Shown here: positions 47,814 through 57,242 of the stretch, one piece after another | Layout of the letters: every line of letters begins with the position of its first letter | Position numbering within the stretch: position 1 is the first letter of the stretch | DNA from: a virus | Lineage: Duplodnaviria; Caudoviricetes | IMG/VR virus record: IMGVR_UViG_2974637922_000001 | Span: 96,001-160,000 of that record | Length of the DNA: 64,000 nucleotides | Direction: 5' to 3' (one strand) | Notes under the pieces: generated by a model | Databases searched by the model: none | Told to the model about the DNA's origin: nothing | Seen by the model: only the letters and a program-made list of their open reading frames with translations | Program-made: the position numbers and the translations under genes

Positions 47814-47870
47814 TCCATAACGTGATATAATAGGATCACTACTTAAACCATAAACTAACTCTCACCAACT

Positions 47871-49037
47871 ATGAAGTTTCTAACAAATACAGGAAATATC
47901 GAAGGAATGACCGTGTTTAATCAGAATGAAGTTGATGCTAAGACCCAACCAATGTTTTTTGGTAAGCCTCTGGGGATACAACGTTATGATACCTTCAAGT
48001 ATCCTATCTTTGAGAAGCTAACTCAACAACAACTAGGATACTTCTGGAAGCCAGAGGAGATCTCTCTTCAGAAAGATAGGTCTGACTATCAGAAGTTGCG
48101 TCCAGAACAGAAACACATCTTTACTTCTAACTTAAAGTATCAGATTCTTCTAGATTCTGTACAAGGTCGTGGTCCTGGTATGGCTTTTGCTCCCTATTGT
48201 TCTCTCCCAGAACTAGAAGGATGTCTTAAGGCTTGGGAGTTTATGGAGATGATTCATAGCAGATCTTATACTCATATTATCAAGAACCTATACCCAGATC
48301 CTTCTGAAGTATTTGATACTATTCTGACAGATGAAAAGATCCTTGAGCGAGCAAAGACGGTTACAGCGGCTTATAACGAATTCATTAATGCCGCTCACGA
48401 ATACGACAACGGTAACACATGGCAACACGCAAATGAAGACGTACCTACGGCTCTTGTCAACCGTTATGACCTTAAGCGTAAGCTTTACCGTGCTATGGCT
48501 AACGTTAATATCCTAGAGGGTATTCGTTTCTATGTTTCCTTTGCATGTTCTTTCGCCTTTGGTGAGTTGAAGCAGATGGAGGCATCAGCCAAGATCATTT
48601 CACTCATTGCCCGTGACGAATCACAACACCTAGTTATCAGTCAGAACATTCTGAAGAACTGGAGGAATGGTGATGATCCTGATATGATTAAGATTGCTGA
48701 GGAACAGAAGCCTTGGTTGATTGAAACCTTTAAGTTGGCAGTGGATCAGGAGAAAGCCTGGGCGGAATACCTCTTTAAAGATGGTTCTATGATTGGTTTG
48801 AACGAGAAACTACTAGGAAACTATGTTGAGTGGATTGCTAACCGTCGTATGAAGGCTGTTGGTCTAGAACCCATCTACGATATCGCAGCTAAGAACAACC
48901 CCCTCCCCTGGACAGAACACTGGTTGAACTCCAAGAGTGTTCAGGTTGCCCCTCAGGAGACTGAGATTACCTCCTATATCGTTGGTAATGTGAACCAGGA
49001 TGTGAAATCAGATCAGTTTGCTAACTTCTCCCTATAA
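47871..49037 (+). CDS. nrdB: Ribonucleotide reductase beta subunit
   Basis: FWKPEE, EMIHSRSY, EGIRFY, RDESQH, QETEITSY. Confidence 0.97.
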   Translation: MKFLTNTGNIEGMTVFNQNEVDAKTQPMFFGKPLGIQRYDTFKYPIFEKLTQQQLGYFWKPEEISLQKDRSDYQKLRPEQKHIFTSNLKYQILLDSVQGRGPGMAFAPYCSLPELEGCLKAWEFMEMIHSRSYTHIIKNLYPDPSEVFDTILTDEKILERAKTVTAAYNEFINAAHEYDNGNTWQHANEDVPTALVNRYDLKRKLYRAMANVNILEGIRFYVSFACSFAFGELKQMEASAKIISLIARDESQHLVISQNILKNWRNGDDPDMIKIAEEQKPWLIETFKLAVDQEKAWAEYLFKDGSMIGLNEKLLGNYVEWIANRRMKAVGLEPIYDIAAKNNPLPWTEHWLNSKSVQVAPQETEITSYIVGNVNQDVKSDQFANFSL

Positions 49038-49042
49038 TTTGA

Positions 49043-49684
49043 ATGGAACTATATTATGAAAAGTTAGATAAGAATCTCTATGTATTAGATGATTTCTTTA
49101 CTATGGATGAATTCATGCCGTTACATGATGAACTACACGGCATGTACCATACTTTTTTGAGAAAGAGGGAGAACTATGTGGGTGGTGAAAACCCATATTG
49201 GTTTGCACTCAGTAAGAATAATACTCCAAATTCATCACCAAATAACGGACTCGGGGAAAATATGGTTTTCCTCGATAGAGCCACAAAGATAAGATGGGCA
49301 ATAAACAAAATACTGAGACCTGATTTCTCCTTTTACCTGAAGAGAATCAATACTAACCTGCAATGGAAGTTTCAGGATTCATCTTTCCATTTAGATTCGT
49401 ATAGTAATGAACTAGACGAGAAATACTGGGGTTGGACTTTCCTCGCCTGCACCCAAACGGATTGGGATTATGAGTGGGGAGGTGAGTTTGTGTGTCAGGT
49501 TGCAGACAGAACCTACAAAAACATCTCATACTCACCAAATAGGTGTATACTATTCAATGGGGATTGTTCCCATAGGGGAGCTGCCCCCAATATCTTTGCA
49601 CGGGATTTTAGAACTACCGTAGCTTGGACATTTGTATCTGTGGACGCACATATAACCCCCGATGCAACTAGCCATATTTCCTAG
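49043..49684 (+). CDS. 2OG-Fe(II) oxygenase
   Basis: FHLD, WGGEF, HRG, RTTVAW. Confidence 0.8.
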   Translation: MELYYEKLDKNLYVLDDFFTMDEFMPLHDELHGMYHTFLRKRENYVGGENPYWFALSKNNTPNSSPNNGLGENMVFLDRATKIRWAINKILRPDFSFYLKRINTNLQWKFQDSSFHLDSYSNELDEKYWGWTFLACTQTDWDYEWGGEFVCQVADRTYKNISYSPNRCILFNGDCSHRGAAPNIFARDFRTTVAWTFVSVDAHITPDATSHIS

Positions 49685-49731
49685 ATAGTCACGTCACATG
49701 ATAGAATGACGTATATCACGAGGAGGATGTC

Positions 49732-49947
49732 ATGTCGAGTGAACCATTTCTTGAATGGATGGTGAAGCCGCCCATTTCAGATGAAGAGTTGATGTTGATT
49801 TGCCTAAAGAATGCCCCGTGTGGCACGAATAGGAAGCAAGCAATGAAATTGATCAGAGTGTTGGAAGTAAAGTTGGCGGAACCTACGGGATTTGCTAATA
49901 TATTTCCACAACCCAAACCAGGTGGGGAGTCTGATTATGCTGGGTAA
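49732..49947 (+). CDS. Hypothetical protein
   Basis: GAGGAGG SD. Confidence 0.6.
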   Translation: MSSEPFLEWMVKPPISDEELMLICLKNAPCGTNRKQAMKLIRVLEVKLAEPTGFANIFPQPKPGGESDYAG

Positions 49948-50065
49948 TGTTTTACTTTGGATATCAATTCCCTTTGTAGTTGCTACCATATTCTTTGGTA
50001 TCTACAGAGGTGAAAATTATTATTATGAGAGTAGTGACTATGATGGAAATGGAACATCGCATTAA
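49937..50065 (+). CDS. ndhP: NdhP-like NDH-1 small subunit, 42 aa (not in ORF track)
   Basis: Single TM then FFGIYRGENYYYESSDYDGNGTSH, resembling the NdhP C-terminus (FG..NGFY....Y.GNG.AH). Confidence 0.8.
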   Translation: MLGNVLLWISIPFVVATIFFGIYRGENYYYESSDYDGNGTSH

Positions 50066-50258
50066 GATGCGTTACGAATTCGCTATGAGTTCGTTCGCTA
50101 GAATGTACGGAGTGAGAGCTGTTTCTGGATCAGGGCACCATGTCAAATTCTGCAAAAGGTGGGCAGATACTAGTGTTGAGGAAGCTCCTAATGGAACTCT
50201 AACTGAAGTTGATTTCTACTTCAGGGATTTGTGGGACATTTGGGGGGAGTATATATAA
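50043..50258 (+). CDS. Hypothetical protein
   Basis: 3' part of track ORF 49980-50258; start moved downstream. Confidence 0.55.
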   Translation: MEMEHRIKMRYEFAMSSFARMYGVRAVSGSGHHVKFCKRWADTSVEEAPNGTLTEVDFYFRDLWDIWGEYI

Positions 50259-50341
50259 TGAGAACATATATTCCAGCGTTTTTCATACTAACCTTTGTGA
50301 TAGTATTTGTTACTTGGGGATTGAATAACGCCTACCCATAA
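50258..50341 (+). CDS. 27-aa single-TM peptide, NdhQ-like (not in ORF track)
   Basis: MRTYIPAFFILTFVIVFVTWGLNNAYP; W-x-L-x-x-A-Y end resembles NdhQ. Confidence 0.5.
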   Translation: MRTYIPAFFILTFVIVFVTWGLNNAYP

Positions 50342-50349
50342 AATTACAT

Positions 50350-50493
50350 ATGATTGCTTCGTATAAGAAACTCGAAACGGAAAACTTCATGTTGCGTTTG
50401 GAAGTCGAGAGACTACGAATGGCACTACAAGAGACCCAAAACGAGTGGTCACACCCAGAGTCTTGTGTTAGAAAACAAAGTCTCTGGAAATAG
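50350..50493 (+). CDS. 47-aa coiled-coil hypothetical (not in ORF track)
   Basis: KLETENFMLRLEVERL; followed by a terminator. Confidence 0.5.
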   Translation: MIASYKKLETENFMLRLEVERLRMALQETQNEWSHPESCVRKQSLWK

Positions 50494-50496
50494 GTT

Positions 50497-50535
50497 AGGG
50501 GGGTGGTTGCCACCTCCCTTTTTTTGTGCTATAAT
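50497..50535 (+). terminator. Terminator with overlapping promoter
   Basis: AGGGGGGTGG-TTG-CCACCTCCCT with T run; TTGCCA-17nt-TATAAT. Confidence 0.75.
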
Positions 50536-50760
50536 ACCTTTGTGAAGGGAAACAGGGGCTGCTTAGCATCTAAATACTTAATGAGAGGAGTTATCATTTA
50601 ATATGGCATACAGAGTTTGGCATTCACCAATAAAGAGTATTATCCTACAAACCTATGAGGAGGTAGTTGTATACTATGCAATGCAAAGAGCAGCACATAA
50701 CACTACTCCAGAAGGTTGGGAAGAAGTTGCTGCATAGATATGGTAGAATGATTATGTTAT

Positions 50761-51201
50761 GTGAAAGAAGTAAATTATGAGAACCCATGGATATATCTGG
50801 AGAGACCTTTCACTGATGATGATATTCTGGACTACTTTGGTTTTGTTTATCGTATTACCAATAAGACAACAGGGAGAAAGTACCTGGGAAGAAAGGTATT
50901 TTGGTTCCACAGAAAGCCTCCTGGTAAGAAACGAAGGGTAAAGAAACCATCAGACTGGAAGAAGTACTATGGATCCAGTGATGAACTTAAAGCAGATATT
51001 CAACTCTTAGGGAAAGATATCTTCACCAGGGAGATTATATCATTGCATAAGACCCTAGGAAAGACAAACTTTGCAGAGACAGAAGCACTCTTCCAATACA
51101 AAGTATTGACAGAGAAACTTGACGATGGGTCTCCAATGTATTATAATGCGAATATACTTTCGAGATACTACAGGAAAGACTACTTTGATTATGAGGACTA
51201 A
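50761..51201 (+). CDS. GIY-YIG endonuclease
   Basis: GFVYRITN..KYLGRK, YYGSS. Confidence 0.85.
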   Translation: MKEVNYENPWIYLERPFTDDDILDYFGFVYRITNKTTGRKYLGRKVFWFHRKPPGKKRRVKKPSDWKKYYGSSDELKADIQLLGKDIFTREIISLHKTLGKTNFAETEALFQYKVLTEKLDDGSPMYYNANILSRYYRKDYFDYED

Positions 51202-52289
51202 TGAGTTATTTTACTGATCGTTTTGGTGATACCTATAAGGTTATCCGTAACTATATCTCTAGTGAAGAAGCAAATACTTTAGGAGAGAACTATAAAGAGT
51301 TTGTATCTACTGATGGGGTGCCTACAGAGGCAACCATGATTACTTCGAATGCATATGATTTCTACAACCGACCTGAACAGGTAGCACTACTATCAGAGAA
51401 AGTATCACATATTAATGAACTATTGGGTAAGAAAGTTCTTCCTGCCTATTCCTTTGTTAGACAATACGGAGTTGGATCCTTTCTAGGCAAACATACGGAC
51501 AGAAAGTCCTGTGAGGTATCTCTGAGTATCCACCTGTGTGGTGATAAGGAATGGCCGTTCTGTATAGAGGATAAGGAAGGAAACCCCGTAGAACTCATCC
51601 TACACCCCGGAGATGCAGTTCTATATGATGCACCTAATGCAACTCACTGGAGAGAAGAATATGATGGTGAGTTCTATATTCAAACCTTTCATCACTATGT
51701 AACTTTAGGTGGTGAGTATGAGAATCTATTCTTTGATAATAATGATAAAGAATTCTCACTAACCAATTATATTAAACAATATAAGGAATCAGTACCTCCT
51801 GATATCTGTGATATGATTGTTAAATACGCAGAACAATTCCCCAATAGGTGGGAAAATGCTACTACTATACAATCTATAAAAGATAATACTACTGATACTA
51901 GGATATGTGAGAGTTGGAATGTTTTACCAACTGATAGTATTGATGATGTTGTTTATAAGTATATAACTGAAGCATCTTCTAAGTTCTGTAATACCTTCCC
52001 ACACTTTAATCTTACTCAGGACACTGGATATCAGATTTTAAGATACAAACCAGGTGGTAAGTATGACTACCATACAGATCAACATGCCACTTATAACAGG
52101 GAAGTTACTATTATTCTAAACCTTAATGATGACTACGAAGGTGGTAACCTATGTCACATTAAAGACAACCATATGATAAAGATGGGTAAGGGTGATATCA
52201 TTATTTTCCCTGCTAACTTTATGTACCCACATCGTATTACTCCCATAACATCTGGTGTTAGGTATTCTATTGTGACTTGGGCAGTCTAA
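51201..52289 (+). CDS. Tandem two-domain 2OG-Fe(II) oxygenase
   Basis: KHTDRKSCE/HWRE and YHTD/YEGG/YPHRI/RYSIVTW. Confidence 0.85.
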   Translation: MSYFTDRFGDTYKVIRNYISSEEANTLGENYKEFVSTDGVPTEATMITSNAYDFYNRPEQVALLSEKVSHINELLGKKVLPAYSFVRQYGVGSFLGKHTDRKSCEVSLSIHLCGDKEWPFCIEDKEGNPVELILHPGDAVLYDAPNATHWREEYDGEFYIQTFHHYVTLGGEYENLFFDNNDKEFSLTNYIKQYKESVPPDICDMIVKYAEQFPNRWENATTIQSIKDNTTDTRICESWNVLPTDSIDDVVYKYITEASSKFCNTFPHFNLTQDTGYQILRYKPGGKYDYHTDQHATYNREVTIILNLNDDYEGGNLCHIKDNHMIKMGKGDIIIFPANFMYPHRITPITSGVRYSIVTWAV

Positions 52290-52311
52290 ATACTCTGTTA
52301 TTTCGGTTACA

Positions 52312-53532
52312 GTGATGAGAATTGATTTCAGTAACTTTTTCCAATACTATGATGGTGATCTAAAGAACCATGTAGAATCAATTGCTCTACTAGAGCGTGA
52401 GATTGAAAAGGTTGCTCCCCATCTCCTCCAGGACGAAGCAGAGTGGGTTAAAGTATATCGTAATACTGCTGAGGTTGAGAAACCAGATAAGGTTATTGCC
52501 TTACCCGTACCTTACTTCCCCCAGACAGATAACTACACACAACCAGAGAGGACTTGTAACTCCTCCTCCTGTGCTATGTGTCTAGAATACTTTAGACCTG
52601 GAACTCTAGTTGGTTCTAAAGGTGATGACGCGTATATCAGAAAGGTATTTGCTGTAGGTGATACTACAGATCACTCAGTTCAAACTAAAGTTCTAGCAGA
52701 CTATGGTGTAGATTCTGAGTTCAACTATTCACTCAGTTTTGATAACCTAGATCACGAACTTGAGAACAAGAGACCTGTTGTGATTGGTATCCTCCACAGA
52801 GGAACCCTAGCACACCCCACAGGGGGTCATATGGTGGTTGTGATAGGTAAGACGGCAGAAGGTGATTACATCTGTCACGACCCCTACGGAGACCTTAACG
52901 ACGGATATACAACCAATGTATACAACGGTCAGTCTGTTGTGTATAAGAGAAATGTTCTAGAGGCTAGATGGACTCCTGACGGTCCTACCAGTGGTTGGGG
53001 GCGTACTTTCCAGGCGAAAGTAACCGCAAAAAAGTCTGAGGAGGGTAAGTTGCCCTCCGCTGGTGTTGAACTTATCAAAGAGTTTGAAGGACTTCATGTT
53101 CTAAAATCTGATGGAATGATCCATGCTTATCCTGACCCTCTATCTGGTGGTGAACCCTGGACTATTGGTTGGGGTTCTACTAGGGATCTTGATGGATCAG
53201 CATTCCATCCTGGGGATAAAATCACCAGAGAGAAAGCAGACATCCTCCTAGAGGAACAACTCAGAAGGGATTATCTTTCTAAGTTAGAACAAACCATCCC
53301 CTATTGGGATGAGATGAACGACAACCAACATGGAGCCCTGCTTAGTTTTGGGTATAATCTAGGAGCCGGTTTCTACGGAAGTCCTGATTTTAACACAATA
53401 ACCCGTGTTTTGCGAGACAAAGAGTGGAATAAAGTCCCCGACGCGTTATACTTGTATCGTAACCCCGGAACTCCTGTAGAGGAGGGTCTTTCTAGACGAC
53501 GGATTGCAGAAGGAGAACTTTGGGAGAGCTGA
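52312..53532 (+). CDS. Endolysin: C39-like peptidase fused to GH24 lysozyme
   Basis: Q..CNSSSCAM, GGHM, HDPYG; IKEFEG..YPD..WTIGWG; GLSRRR; CTAAATA at 52286. Confidence 0.88.
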   Translation: MMRIDFSNFFQYYDGDLKNHVESIALLEREIEKVAPHLLQDEAEWVKVYRNTAEVEKPDKVIALPVPYFPQTDNYTQPERTCNSSSCAMCLEYFRPGTLVGSKGDDAYIRKVFAVGDTTDHSVQTKVLADYGVDSEFNYSLSFDNLDHELENKRPVVIGILHRGTLAHPTGGHMVVVIGKTAEGDYICHDPYGDLNDGYTTNVYNGQSVVYKRNVLEARWTPDGPTSGWGRTFQAKVTAKKSEEGKLPSAGVELIKEFEGLHVLKSDGMIHAYPDPLSGGEPWTIGWGSTRDLDGSAFHPGDKITREKADILLEEQLRRDYLSKLEQTIPYWDEMNDNQHGALLSFGYNLGAGFYGSPDFNTITRVLRDKEWNKVPDALYLYRNPGTPVEEGLSRRRIAEGELWES

Positions 53533-53952
53533 ATGATTGCACTTGATATATTCTGTGACTGGTTCACTGGGAGATGGAACAACCGTGCTCAGGCACATTC
53601 CAACCCCAGAGGTCAGGCATATGTGATGGCTAGACACGATAGGATATCAGACACAGAGTTTCGATGTGTTTATCACTACCATAGGGATAAGACCCCTTAT
53701 AGGGACTTTACCCTGAATATCAACGGACATGATAGTGATATTATTCTGTCTGATAAGGAAACCAGGTTAGTTTATTCTTTATATAACGGAGCGTATACCT
53801 GTCACTTTGATAAGATAATCAAAGGAAAAAGATATGTATTTGATTCTGTATTAGCGAATACTTTCTATAAACTTAATGATCAGTGTTTTGATGGAACCCG
53901 ATTAGTTCGGGGTCTAGAAACCGGTGAGTTTTATGACTTTAGAAAGGAATAA
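53533..53952 (+). CDS. cpeT: CpeT/CpcT-like bilin lyase
   Basis: GRWNNRAQAHSNP, PYR, YDF. Confidence 0.75.
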   Translation: MIALDIFCDWFTGRWNNRAQAHSNPRGQAYVMARHDRISDTEFRCVYHYHRDKTPYRDFTLNINGHDSDIILSDKETRLVYSLYNGAYTCHFDKIIKGKRYVFDSVLANTFYKLNDQCFDGTRLVRGLETGEFYDFRKE

Positions 53953-53954
53953 TA

Positions 53955-54140
53955 TTATCTAATCCCCACCCACCATTCGCGAGCACAGTTTGCGATTTGT
54001 TCTGCGGTGGGGTTTTCTACGCGGATAATCTCAGAGCACTCATCTATCATTTCCTCTAGATGTTTATTGCAGGTAGCGAGATCGTTCATTTGCTTGTGCC
54101 TTGATATTTTCGCAGTCATGAGAATACTAACAATGATCAC
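53955..54140 (-). CDS. Small hypothetical protein; the only credible minus-strand gene
   Basis: Fills the gap; CTAAATA on the minus strand near 54150. Confidence 0.5.
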   Translation of the reverse strand: MIIVSILMTAKISRHKQMNDLATCNKHLEEMIDECSEIIRVENPTAEQIANCAREWWVGIR

Positions 54141-54280
54141 ATATAGAGTTATTTAGTTCTCAGAGAACTCTCAGTTGTGAGAAATGTGTAATATGATATA
54201 ATGTAAATATCTTCATATTTTCTTCATATACATAATGAAGAAACTATTAAGTTTCACATTGTCGTTTGTAAATTAAAGTT

Positions 54281-54925
54281 TTGGATTCCAATAAGAGATC
54301 GATTATTAGAAAACTAGCAGCTATTGCTGCGATTGGCTTCGTGGGTATTCCCGCTGGAGCTGGTCTAATCCCTACTCTAGAACAGTTTCAAGAAGAAAAT
54401 GGATATGGTACTGAGGAAGTAGTAGAGGATACAACTGAAGAGGTAGTAGAAGAAGTAGCAATGACAAGGCGTTGGGTTCTCCCCAATGGAACACATAATG
54501 AGAAGATAGTACTCAGTGCCCTACAGGATAGGGGTATTACTGATAAAGTTGCTCTAGCGGTTGTTTTAGGTAATATCAAACAAGAGTCACGATTCCATTC
54601 CAACATCTGTGAGGGTGGTGCAAGGGTCAACTATCATGGTTGTAGATATGGTGGGTATGGTCTTATCCAATGGACTACTTCAGATAGATATAGAGGACTT
54701 GGACACTACGCTTCTAGGATTGGTGGTGATCCTTCCAGTGTAGAAACTCAGGTTGGATATATCTTCAGAGAGAGGCAGTGGTTAGACATTGAATCATCCC
54801 TCAAAAGAAATGGTCATAGTGTTGGTTACTACATGAATAGGGCATATTACTGGTTGGGATGGGGTCACCATGGAGCCAGAACCCACTACTCACATGACTA
54901 TGCTGCTCGTCTCATCTTTAAATAA
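54281..54925 (+). CDS. Signal-anchored lysozyme-like protein (phage tail lysozyme family)
   Basis: VLGNIKQES, GYGLIQWT; N-terminal hydrophobic segment. Confidence 0.8.
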   Translation: MDSNKRSIIRKLAAIAAIGFVGIPAGAGLIPTLEQFQEENGYGTEEVVEDTTEEVVEEVAMTRRWVLPNGTHNEKIVLSALQDRGITDKVALAVVLGNIKQESRFHSNICEGGARVNYHGCRYGGYGLIQWTTSDRYRGLGHYASRIGGDPSSVETQVGYIFRERQWLDIESSLKRNGHSVGYYMNRAYYWLGWGHHGARTHYSHDYAARLIFK

Positions 54926-54939
54926 ATAGATGAAACCCA

Positions 54940-55335
54940 ATGAAAGTCCCAGAGTTTAAAGTCAGTTTTCAGTTTGGTAAGAAGAAGAAAAACCCCCTAC
55001 GTCTATACATTATAGGGGCAGTTTTGAGCTTTGTTATCGATATGATACATACTTTTATGAGGGTTCCCACAAAGGACCTCTGGGCTTTGGTTGACGAATT
55101 GGGAAAAGAGCTTAGAATAGAAGATATCAATGAGCTCGTTTTGAATAGTCCCGAACTACTACAGGCTAGAATCGAACGAGAAGTTGATGGAGCTATTGAG
55201 GACCATCTTAAAGAAACAGGTCACAAAGACCCAGAGATTGAATCAGTATTTACTGAAACACTAAAGGGAGAAACCCCCTTAGGTGGTGAACTAAGAATCC
55301 GTGGTAAGTGGGTTCCTGAAAATAAGGAGGACTAA
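54940..55335 (+). CDS. Hypothetical membrane-associated late protein
   Basis: AATAAATA at 54921; one TM segment. Confidence 0.6.
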   Translation: MKVPEFKVSFQFGKKKKNPLRLYIIGAVLSFVIDMIHTFMRVPTKDLWALVDELGKELRIEDINELVLNSPELLQARIEREVDGAIEDHLKETGHKDPEIESVFTETLKGETPLGGELRIRGKWVPENKED

Positions 55336-55496
55336 TGAAACGACACAACAAAGTGATGCACCTTATCCGTGAGTCTCTTCGTAATCCAGAAGCATATTCT
55401 GAGGAAGAGATTACATATATGAGAGAGCAACTCAAACTACTGGAGGGTGAGAAGGAAACTATTAAACGGGAGAAGAATCGTGGATTTGGATCTTAA
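55335..55496 (+). CDS. 53-aa hypothetical (not in ORF track)
   Basis: AGGAGG SD; NPEAYSEEEITYM..RGFG. Confidence 0.6.
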   Translation: MKRHNKVMHLIRESLRNPEAYSEEEITYMREQLKLLEGEKETIKREKNRGFGS

Positions 55497-55926
55497 ATTC
55501 ATTGGAGATGAGTGTCTTAGGAAACCATCAGTAAATGTTGAAGATATCACAGAGGATGTGGTAACTTTATCCAAGGCAATGAAACAGAAGATGATTGAGT
55601 GTAATGGTATTGGTCTAGCAGCCCCACAGGTTGGTAGGAATATCAGACTTATAGTTGTGCGACTAATGTGTGGTATGACTGTGGAGATGATTAATCCACG
55701 CATCAGTTGGACTTCTGATGACAGATGCATACTTGATGAAGGTTGTCTTAGTATCCCTGGAAAAACACACCCTGTTGAGAGGTATAAATCCATTAGAGTT
55801 AAATTTCAGGACATTACAGGACAACATAAATATTGGAAATTATCTAAGATGGACGCACGAGTGGTTCTACATGAGTATGATCATTTGGAAGGTTTATTGA
55901 TGGTTGATTACCAGAAGACTGGTTAA
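55480..55926 (+). CDS. def: Peptide deformylase
   Basis: GIGLAAPQVG, EGCLS, HEYDH. Confidence 0.95.
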   Translation: MDLDLKFIGDECLRKPSVNVEDITEDVVTLSKAMKQKMIECNGIGLAAPQVGRNIRLIVVRLMCGMTVEMINPRISWTSDDRCILDEGCLSIPGKTHPVERYKSIRVKFQDITGQHKYWKLSKMDARVVLHEYDHLEGLLMVDYQKTG

Positions 55927-56134
55927 CTTTATAGTATTAACAATGATTATGAAAACGAAGAGAGAGCGTCTTGAAGATGTCATTATGGAATATCTAGATG
56001 AAGAATACTCGTCTCGACGTATCTACGAAGAATTCCTATCAGTAATGATTAATGAATGTCAAGGTAGGGAAGAAGCATCTAAGAAAGCCTTAGAACTTAG
56101 AGACTTGATGTTGGGTGATAGACCTGTATTTTAA
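55904..56134 (+). CDS. Hypothetical protein
   Basis: ORF; true start probably downstream. Confidence 0.55.
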   Translation: MITRRLVNFIVLTMIMKTKRERLEDVIMEYLDEEYSSRRIYEEFLSVMINECQGREEASKKALELRDLMLGDRPVF

Positions 56135-56152
56135 CAAAGGAGATTATCAATT

Positions 56153-56464
56153 ATGACTAAAGAAGTTAGCGATTTGAAACTCACACGACTTGAGTGTGTG
56201 AAGTGTGGCGCCACTTGGATCAATGGTAATCATGTATGGAAGACTGGTAATACTGGAAGTGAAACCGATCTAGCTGGGTTAGTTTGCAATAAACTAGGTG
56301 ATGACGATTGCATCAACCCCCTAAGGGGTGCTGAGACAGGTGACACTTGGGAACAACGCCTTGGTGACCTGGATACTGGATTCAATGCAAGGAGAGAGCG
56401 TCTAGAAGACCAGAGAGCAAGGTTCAAAGAACAATATGGAGAAGACCCTCACTTTGACGATTGA
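56153..56464 (+). CDS. Cys-rich hypothetical protein
   Basis: CVKCGATWING, DLAGLVCN, CINP. Confidence 0.7.
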   Translation: MTKEVSDLKLTRLECVKCGATWINGNHVWKTGNTGSETDLAGLVCNKLGDDDCINPLRGAETGDTWEQRLGDLDTGFNARRERLEDQRARFKEQYGEDPHFDD

Positions 56465-56510
56465 GGAAGTGGCACACCCCCTAGGCAAACCTATGGGGAT
56501 GCGTTATAAT
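56454..56510 (+). promoter_or_regulatory. Promoter cassette
   Basis: TTGACG-N10-TGGCAC; CCCC..GGGG hairpin; TATAAT. Confidence 0.5.
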
Positions 56511-56532
56511 ATGAAGGTAATCAACCAGAGAG

Positions 56533-56748
56533 ATGACACAGCTTAAAACAAAGTTCCGCAGGTATATCGGTGTTCTCACTGAAGCCGTATCTCGTTCCAT
56601 CGAGTTAGACTACTCACAACCCAAACTCTATAAGAAGGTCCGAAGGTTCTACGAGGAACAGGGAGTCTCCTTCACTGGAGACGAGGTAGATGACTACCAA
56701 ATTGTTATGGATTGTTTAACTGAAGATCTAGTAAAGGAGCCAGTATGA
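56533..56748 (+). CDS. Hypothetical protein
   Basis: KLYKKVRRFY..GVSFTGD. Confidence 0.65.
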   Translation: MTQLKTKFRRYIGVLTEAVSRSIELDYSQPKLYKKVRRFYEEQGVSFTGDEVDDYQIVMDCLTEDLVKEPV

Positions 56749-56981
56749 AGACTATTCTTGAGAGAGAAGGTTTCCGTTTCATTGAGAAAGGTATTATTGA
56801 ACTCAATGGAATGCCAGACTACCGACTACAGAAACAAGATCACTATTCCCAACGATGGAATGATGTTTATCTCTTCGATAACAAGATGCAGTGTCTAACT
56901 GCTATGGAAGATATCGAATATTGTAAGTGGTTGTGTGGAGAACCCTGTTATGTTCGTGATGTTGTTGGTTCCTATTCATAG
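56745..56981 (+). CDS. Hypothetical protein
   Basis: LNGMPDYRLQK, YLFDNKMQ. Confidence 0.65.
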   Translation: MKTILEREGFRFIEKGIIELNGMPDYRLQKQDHYSQRWNDVYLFDNKMQCLTAMEDIEYCKWLCGEPCYVRDVVGSYS

Positions 56982-57215
56982 ATGAGAACTACATCCTTCC
57001 TAAGGTATCTTGGAAATACCTTACTAGTGTTGGGTCATTTCACACTCCTTTGGGGGGATACACAGACCGCCTTGACTATCAAAATCATAGGTGGTCTTTC
57101 TTTGTTACCCTTTGCCATCTCCTGGAAGTTGTGGGATGTTGTGGCACTTGAGTTAATATTTGGAGGTATGGATGTAACCAAGTTCATCCAGTTAGTGTTC
57201 GGAGAGACACTTTAA
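56982..57215 (+). CDS. Small multi-TM membrane protein
   Basis: Three hydrophobic segments. Confidence 0.6.
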   Translation: MRTTSFLRYLGNTLLVLGHFTLLWGDTQTALTIKIIGGLSLLPFAISWKLWDVVALELIFGGMDVTKFIQLVFGETL

Positions 57216-57242
57216 ACTTTTCCCTGGCGCGCCCCAATCACA

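Noticed and set aside
27669-49037. Inteins or introns in g41, g61, nrdA and nrdB
   Set aside because: Normal lengths and contiguous motifs
54141-54280. AT-rich intergenic region with short inverted repeats as a replication origin
   Set aside because: Adequately explained by divergent promoters and a UTR hairpin; no iterons
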